Below are positions 47,584 through 52,297 of a DNA stretch of 52,297 nucleotides, piece after piece. The translations under genes were made by a program, and so were the position numbers. The DNA lies in contig NW_014040442.1 in NCBI RefSeq assembly GCF_001186125.1, forward strand, positions 96,110 to 148,406, read 5' to 3'. The notes beneath the pieces were generated by a model, which was not told where the DNA came from, ran no database searches, and saw nothing but the letters and a program-made list of their open reading frames with translations. Position 1 is the first letter of the stretch, and each line of letters begins with the position of its first letter. This DNA comes from Sphaeroforma arctica JP610. Its lineage: Eukaryota.

Positions 47584-50500
47584 ATTGAATAGATATTAAC
47601 AACCGAGTGCGAAAGCCTACTTTAAGATTAAATTTAAGGACGATCTATATGATCATCGACAAACTGAAGTGTCCACACCAGCACGATTGTTATTTATGCA
47701 TACTCATGTAAAACCTACGAGCATCTAGAGTGTATACAAAACCGACATATAATAAGGTAATTGCTGTTATTTAGCGCCGAACATATCATTGATCTAAATT
47801 CGCAATATAAATATAGCGAATTCCAGTCAATGATAACAAAACTCAGACATAGCCTCCCTAAAAAAGACAGGAGGCTACATATGGCTCAGATAGTTAAGGT
47901 TATGTAAAAATTGCCTGTGTCTGTATAAGGACAGATGGGAATGTCGCAACCCAATGGCAATCAGCGTTGCGTGTGTCAACGCTCCTCGTTTGCTTCAATC
48001 ACTATTCGAGAGGTCAGAAGATCTGAGAAGAAAACCAAATACGTACATTACGAGCCACTTTCGAAAAAACAAATATTACTCTCGTTAAAATGACCCAGAA
48101 AGGCATGGTCCTCTGAGCACCTCTCTCTGGAGTCTGGAGTGAATGGAGTGTGGAATACTGGATTTGTCTCTCAGGAATGATTTCGTCAGCTGATTTTCGT
48201 CCTGGGGAAATTCATTTTTTATCTCGCGACAATTCTAGAGAGGGCCATGAGAATGGGTACACTTTTGGGGCAGAGATACTTAACTTGACATTCAATGAAT
48301 CAAAAGACTGATAAATACATTCCAGCTGTATTAACAACGATTGTTCGTTGGATGTACCCTCATACCAATTACCATGTCTGGTTCAAACTTCAAAAATTAG
48401 CTGTACTACGAAGATATTCCCGCCAATAAGGTCAGTTTTGAGAGAAATGAATGTTTTATAGAAATAAATGGGGGGAAATTGCATGCAAATGACCGGCGTT
48501 ATTACCATCGGACCATATGATGGCAATATTGTCTAAATAGCAGTAGGCCAATAGATCAACTGTAAAAGTATACTCACTTCTAGTAGTAGGAGATATAACA
48601 AGCTAGAGTAAATATTGTTTTTTGTACACTTTTGTTGGCTATTGTTTGTGATATGTCAACGTAGTAATCAATGATATGTCACATTAATTATTGTATTCCA
48701 CACGTATGATTTGTAACTGTATTTTCGCGAAAATGGCTCATTGGTTTTTTTAAGAAAAACCCAAAAACCCAAAAATAAAATGAACATAGCCTTCTGAGAA
48801 GGCTATAGAGTAACGAGAGTCAAGGACTCAAGAGGACTAGAGACTAGAGAGGAGCCAAGCTGCCCACCAGCAGCTCATCAATCGACTAGCGAACTAGCGA
48901 CGCACCAGTCATCACTAGAACTTTTTGTTGTTGGGGTTTTTATATCTTGCAGAACGAAAGAAAAGAATACATATATAAATAGGAGCTGAAGGTATTTTTA
49001 CGAACTTTTTCATGTTTGTCAAATTGTTAGGCGTACCGCGTACCCAAAAATATTGTTTTATAAAAATACAAAAACAAAAAACAAAACAAATGATAGTTGT
49101 TTTGTTTTGGTTCATTTATTTAAAAAAAACAAAATGAACAACTACATACAAAAATAAATACAAACAACATCATCTAACAATCTGACATGACATGTGTGCA
49201 AAACATTTTTGTAAAAAAATACTAGCACTAAACAACCAATAGGAGTGGTGATAAATATATTCGTTTGTTTTGCGGTGCTTGATATTCATTATTCTGGTTA
49301 AAACTATATTTTATATATAAAATAGTCTACACTCTACACTCTACAGTCTACAGTCTAAGTTACAAATATGTTATATATATTTACACTGTGTATTTGATTT
49401 AAAAAAAGCGGCGACTTTTCTAATAGACACCCGTGACTATAAAACAATTAACTCTCGAGCCCATGTAGTTTTTTTTACTTTATTGTAATTTTAAGAAAAC
49501 TAAAAACCCGCCTGTATAGAGTATAGACTCTATAGAGAGTATACTAAAGACTGTGTACTCTACTCTCTAGCTAGACTTTTTTCTCTCTACTCTCCATTTT
49601 ATACTCTAGAGAGCAGAGTAAGCGGGCGAGAGAGAGAGCTGAGAGTTGACACTGAGAGACTGCGTGTGTGACTCTGAGACTCTTTGAGAGTTGAGACTTG
49701 AGTTTTGAGTTTTGAGATAGACTATTTATTAGAAATTTAGATATATTGGTATTTGGTCCTCTCACGGTGGGCCTCTCCCTCTAAAAATAAAATTGAGCTC
49801 TCATACTAGTATTTATTTTTAGTATTGCATTGTCAGTTGGTCATGGTTTTTAAAAAAAGAGAAAAATACGTATAGAAAGGTCTAAATTTAAAAAAAAAGG
49901 TTATATATGTACGATAATACTATATACTATTAAAAAAATATATATAGGCTATGATAAAAAAAGAATCTTACTATTTTGGGGGTTTTTTTCTCACAAAATA
50001 TAAAATAGACAATAAACAGAAAGTACCAACAACGTCGACAATACATTTTAGGAAAGTGAATATGAAATTCAAAGCATACTCTAGATATAAAATAGGGTTG
50101 ACTTTCCGTACCAAACGAAAACACAAACGTGGCTGTCCAACGGCATATCAACAGACTCGCTAAGAATTAAAAATGAATTTGGTCGGTCTCGTCTATTTGA
50201 TTTATTTTTATCTCCTATTTCACCATTGCAGGATTTTCAAAAGGATCCCGAATATATTTCCGAACCTAATAAAAATATTTTTGGCGTCCAGAACTCGAGA
50301 TATCCCGAAGTAGTGCCAGGAGTCCAGGAGTACAGGAGTCCAGAACTGCCCAGGAAGAGTAAAATAAATTTAACGCCAGGGACTGGAATTGAGGAAGACT
50401 GTCAGTAACTGTCACTGATGACTCTGATGATTGTCGCAGGGGTGGAGGCCGCCTGTAGTCCGATTCAGACACAGCAGTGGTGTGTCAATCACATAGAGCT

Positions 50501-52297
50501 GGCCTGACACTTGACAGTGCGGAGTGCTGAGTGCTGACTGCTGACTGTTCGCAGTCTCTCTCTCTATTTAAAAACAACAACAATATGCCTTCCCTAACTA
50601 GCTCTATAGAGTAGAGAAACTCTGAGAGAGATAGAGTATGCAGTAGTAAAGTGAGAGAGAGAGAGTAAAGAGTATTTGTAGTAAGGAATTTAGAGAAAAA
50701 GGTTGAAACTTCCTTTCAAATATAGTTCCTGCCATTCTGGAAATTACAAAGACAAAGGCAAAAAATAGCCTTCTAAAATCGAACATGGCTATGACTAATG
50801 ACCATCCTATGAGACTACAGTCTTTTTTTTCTCAAACATTACAGGTTGCCTTCTTTAAAAAAAAATAAAAATCGAACGGAGTATCTACTATCTGCTAGTA
50901 CTATTTATTGAGTAAATATACAGAGACTCTCTCGTCTAGAGAGAGAAAGACTGATAAGTTCTTCAACAGTTGGTCACTAAAGTCTCACCCTCGGGCCCCC
51001 AATTCCAGAGTCCCAGACTCTCATTCTCCATACTCCAGCAGTCCAGTGACACCAGTCACACCACACACAAACAACAACAACAAGAGTCAGCAACAACAAC
51101 AAAACACAGGGAACAGTAAACAGTTGAACACACAACACACAATATCAACAAGAGAAGAGAGAGAGAGTAGAAGAGAGAGAAATGGAGTAGAAGAGAGAGA
51201 GAGAGGAGTAGAGCATCAGTCTGTGACACGTATGGGCGCCGGACGGTCAGCCCGTTAGATGTCAGGTCGTCAGAGCCTGGCATGTAGAGTTGTGAGTAAT
51301 CAAATCTGAGTTTAAAAATGACCAATAGAAAAGTTATATTTGTGTCCGAGATACATTGATAAAGCTTGTGAATGGAGCCTTGGAGCCATGCCGGCCTCTC
51401 TCAGCCCGGAGTGCTGGGCTCTGGAGTCCTGGACACTGGTGGAGTGGTGGAGTGTTTATTCTGGAATCTGGATCAGATATAAATATTTTGTTGTTTGGTT
51501 ATATTTACTTTTATTTTCAACTTGACCCGTAGAATTTAATTTTTTACCTTCTTGCGGTTATTTTCAAATTGTTGACAACATATTTGAACCCCTTGTGGGG
51601 GGTTTTTTTTTGTTATGTATCGGTTTTTGTCATCCTACTTAAGAACAATATGTCGTAAATATAGAAAAAAAGCAGGGCAATTTTATTTTGATCTATATTG
51701 TATTCAAATTGACCTTGGATTTGGTACAGTTCAAATAATTTGCTACCGACGTCAAGCTTCAAATCGTTTCAATATAGAATCGATAGAAACGACTTTGAAC
51801 TTGACATTGGGAGTAAATAAGAAAGTAAAATATTACAGAAATAGTATCAGTTTGTACCGCTAACAAGACATTCTTTTTCTATAGGTATTCTAAAAATAAT
51901 TAGCCAATGACAAATACTATCTTCAGAATCCCATTGGTTTTTAAATGTCGGCAAAATACACAACAAATAAGTGAAAATATGCGACCGGCAAGTTGGAAAA
52001 TATGCGACCGGTAAATAAAACACGATATAAAAATAAAATTCTAGGTACCTATTGGCTATATTTATATTTGCCCTTTCGGCCAAGAAAACTAAGACAAGGG
52101 GCGGTCGGGCAGATAACTATTTCAAAAATAGGGCATGTCATACAAACAAAAATGAGACATGTCTCACCTACAACACACGGCACCACTTTTAGAATGCACA
52201 ACTGCACACTACACTTCCACCTAGTCATACGTGTACATTCTCGGATAAATCCCACCTAGTCATATTTCTATGTATACATATACATATCCACTATACA

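Noticed and set aside
47850..47877. Rho-independent terminator-like hairpin (tagcctcc...ggaggcta)
   Set aside because: Eukaryotic context, no U-tract, single short inverted repeat.
48900..52297. Short ORFs and small direct repeats (aaaatatgcgaccgg x2, ccacctagtcat x2)
   Set aside because: Low-complexity intergenic DNA with no recognisable domains; the repeats might be a transposon end, but no partner terminus or TSD is visible.

Overview
Eukaryotic genomic DNA (spliceosomal intron, LTR retrotransposons, TA microsatellites, a 20-N gap at 2441-2460). Bases 1-40.7 kb form a decayed nest of transposons whose order can be rebuilt from LTR pairs and target-site duplications (TSDs). A host Ty3/gypsy remnant (X, - strand) is interrupted by gypsy element B (3117-19753, TSD TGTA), which contains gypsy element C (5125-13731, TSD ACCA), which in turn contains a solo LTR. 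X is also interrupted by a Ty1/copia element (20332-36506, TSD TCTAT) carrying a Mutator-like fragment, an LTR-like insert and gypsy element D (25998-34609, TSD TTAT/TCAT). After the nest come a TA-rich duplicated region, an apparently intact two-exon citrate synthase gene (- strand) and intergenic DNA. The main discovery candidate is a family of chromodomain-bearing Ty3/gypsy elements (B, C, D, plus the more distant fragment A). Their Pol carries a Dam-like (NPPW) amino-DNA-methyltransferase between RNase H and the DDE integrase, a module otherwise best known from DIRS tyrosine-recombinase elements. B, C and D also share an in-frame UGA at the gag-pol junction (candidate readthrough), an extra ORF upstream of gag with a conserved DSG[FY]xS motif, a candidate internal TATA box, a conserved LTR hairpin and a structured 3' UTR. 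No database searches were run, so all family calls rest on motif recognition.
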